37,778 nucleotides of DNA from Treponema sp. GTDB taxonomy: Bacteria > Spirochaetota > Spirochaetia > Treponematales > Treponemataceae. Every line of letters starts with the position of its first letter. Within the stretch, counting starts at the first letter, position 1. Position numbers and translations under genes: made by a program. Shown here in pieces: positions 36,115 through 37,778 of the stretch. Below the pieces are notes generated by a model. That model ran no database searches, was not told the DNA's origin, and was given only the letters and a program-made list of their open reading frames with translations. The DNA lies in contig JAEEKM010000106.1 of NCBI GenBank assembly GCA_016282455.1, positions 1 through 37,778 on the forward strand, written 5' to 3'.

Positions 36115-37026
36115 ATGGAAGTACATATTTTGGAAGCTCCGCTTGATTTTGGCGGCATGAGACATGGAAGTGATATGGGACCTTCTGCAATTCGTCTTGC
36201 AGGTCTCCGTTCAAAGCTTGAAGATTTGGGACACAAAGTTATTCTTACAAGAAATTCCTTTAATATTGAACCTCAGGAATTTGCTGATGTTGGTACAAAT
36301 CCAAAAGCAAAATATCTTGGGCCGATTGTAAGAACCTGTTCTTCCATTGCTGATGAAGTTTCTTCAGTTGTAAAAGGCGGTGGATTTCCACTGCTGCTTG
36401 GTGGTGACCATTCCATAGTACTTGGTTCTCTTGCAGGCCTGGATGATGTTTACCGGGAGAGTGGAAAAAGACTCGGGGTTTTGTATGTAGATGCCCATGG
36501 AGATTTTAATACTGTAGATACAACTCCAACTGGAAATATTCACGGGGAGTGTCTTGCGGCAAGTGCAGGTTATGGCCTGTCTGACCTGGTGAACCTGCAT
36601 CATGATGGAAGAAAAGTGAACCCGGAGAACATTTGTTTTGTGGGTGTGCGTGACCTTGATCCCGGTGAAAAAAAACTCATGCACGAAGCAGGGGTGACTG
36701 TTTTTACCATGAGTGATATTGACCGCCATGGATTTTCTGCTATCCTGAAAAAAGTAAAATTGTTTTTTAAGACCAGATGTGATGTTGTTCATATCAGTTT
36801 TGACATGGATGCCCTTGACCCCACTCTTGCTCCCGGAACTGGTGTTCCTGTTCCAGGTGGATTAAATTACCGGGAAGGACTTATGTTAATGGAAGAAATG
36901 TGTTCACTTAAAATGGTTAAGTCAATGGAAATTGTTGAAGTGAATCCAATTCTTGATGTGAGAAATCAAACTGCCCTTATGGCAGTGAGTCTTGCAACCC
37001 GCCTGCTTGGAGAAAAACTTTACTAG
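36115..37026 (+). CDS. rocF: Arginase
   Basis: GSDMGP, GGDHS, DAHGDFNT..T.TGNIHG, SFDMDALDP, PGTG, VEVNP. Start 36115 is preferred (ORF track gives 36106). Confidence 0.93.
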   Translation: MEVHILEAPLDFGGMRHGSDMGPSAIRLAGLRSKLEDLGHKVILTRNSFNIEPQEFADVGTNPKAKYLGPIVRTCSSIADEVSSVVKGGGFPLLLGGDHSIVLGSLAGLDDVYRESGKRLGVLYVDAHGDFNTVDTTPTGNIHGECLAASAGYGLSDLVNLHHDGRKVNPENICFVGVRDLDPGEKKLMHEAGVTVFTMSDIDRHGFSAILKKVKLFFKTRCDVVHISFDMDALDPTLAPGTGVPVPGGLNYREGLMLMEEMCSLKMVKSMEIVEVNPILDVRNQTALMAVSLATRLLGEKLY

Positions 37027-37038
37027 AATAAGTTTTTA

Positions 37039-37778
37039 TTAAAGCTGTTCCAGAGTGGTAAGATGCTTTTCCAATTTTCCGCTGATGATAAAATCAGTGA
37101 GTGCAAGCTGATCCAGATAGGACAGGGTGCAGTCAAAGGTTGTGTAGCGGGAAGTGTACTCAAGGGAGAGTTTATGGGGAAGCACAATCCAGGAGGAATT
37201 TATACCCTTGTCCAAAAGATGACGGAAAGAATTTAAGTAAATAACCTTATCTCTGATATCATGCTGCTTAAAAGTTCCGTTTGAACCTTTGGAAGTATTA
37301 GTGTCAAATTCAATAATGTAGCGATAGGGGGCAGCAGAAGCCCAGCTTAGAATTTCTGCCTTACGCTGATCCATTAAAGTTTTATCACCTCCTGCAAGAC
37401 AATCTGAAGGTGTGACAAATACAAGATTGCAACCGGAAGTAACAAGATAGTCCATGTTAAGACCTGCTTCATCAAGAGGAATTTCTTTTACCTGAATACC
37501 GGCATCAAGAAAAACGTGACGTATGGTATCGTCGGTGTCTTCTGCAATTGCAACTGTCGGAACAATTTCCGGGAGGTTTCCCATTACCATGTGTTCCGCT
37601 CTGCTCAAAAGACCCATTCCGGTAACCTTGCTGTAGGGGGAATTGATGCTGTTAAGGCGGAGTACATTGTAAAGAAGCTGTTCAATACAGGAACCGACAA
37701 TTATATTTTCTGTTTTGGCATTTACTTTATGGAAGTTATACATAAAGGCAGAAAGGGCAGTTCTGAAAGTTTCATCAC
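37039..37778 (-). CDS. MocR/GabR-like PLP-aminotransferase-fold protein, 5' end outside window, degenerate and C-terminally short
   Basis: The frame is open to the window edge (DETFRTALSAFMY...ENIIVGS). VFVTPS, YIIEFD, VIYLNSF, QLALTDFIISGKLEKH. Confidence 0.7.
   Translation of the reverse strand, partial: DETFRTALSAFMYNFHKVNAKTENIIVGSCIEQLLYNVLRLNSINSPYSKVTGMGLLSRAEHMVMGNLPEIVPTVAIAEDTDDTIRHVFLDAGIQVKEIPLDEAGLNMDYLVTSGCNLVFVTPSDCLAGGDKTLMDQRKAEILSWASAAPYRYIIEFDTNTSKGSNGTFKQHDIRDKVIYLNSFRHLLDKGINSSWIVLPHKLSLEYTSRYTTFDCTLSYLDQLALTDFIISGKLEKHLTTLEQL

Overview
This window is the chromosomal replication-origin region of a Treponema-like spirochaete. Support for that assignment: gyrB-gyrA divergent from dnaA-dnaN-recF-dciA-rpmH-rnpA-yidD-yidC-jag, a GyrB PLWGKMLNV motif, an L34 ...VSDEKKPY tail, and an archaeal-type PheT. 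oriC, with DnaA boxes, DnaA-trios and an AT-rich unwinding element, lies between dnaA and dnaN. About 6 kb away, a 1.6-kb non-coding block after gyrA holds an orphan promoter-to-terminator structured RNA, a second DnaA-box cluster and five perfect parS palindromes. A third DnaA-box cluster sits inside hrpB. Unusual proteins include a UvrD helicase with a split, apparently inactivated Fe-S PD-(D/E)XK partner, an FtsH-like ATPase lacking the protease domain next to a ZIP transporter, PheT fused to a Trbp111/MetRS-type tRNA-binding domain, an XRE-desulfoferrodoxin fusion, and a MocR-like domain lacking the PLP lysine. At least seven genes, including dnaA, look leaderless. REP-like hairpins are dispersed through the window. 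No rRNA, tRNA, CRISPR array or transposase was seen. All calls come from reading motifs by eye; no searches were run.
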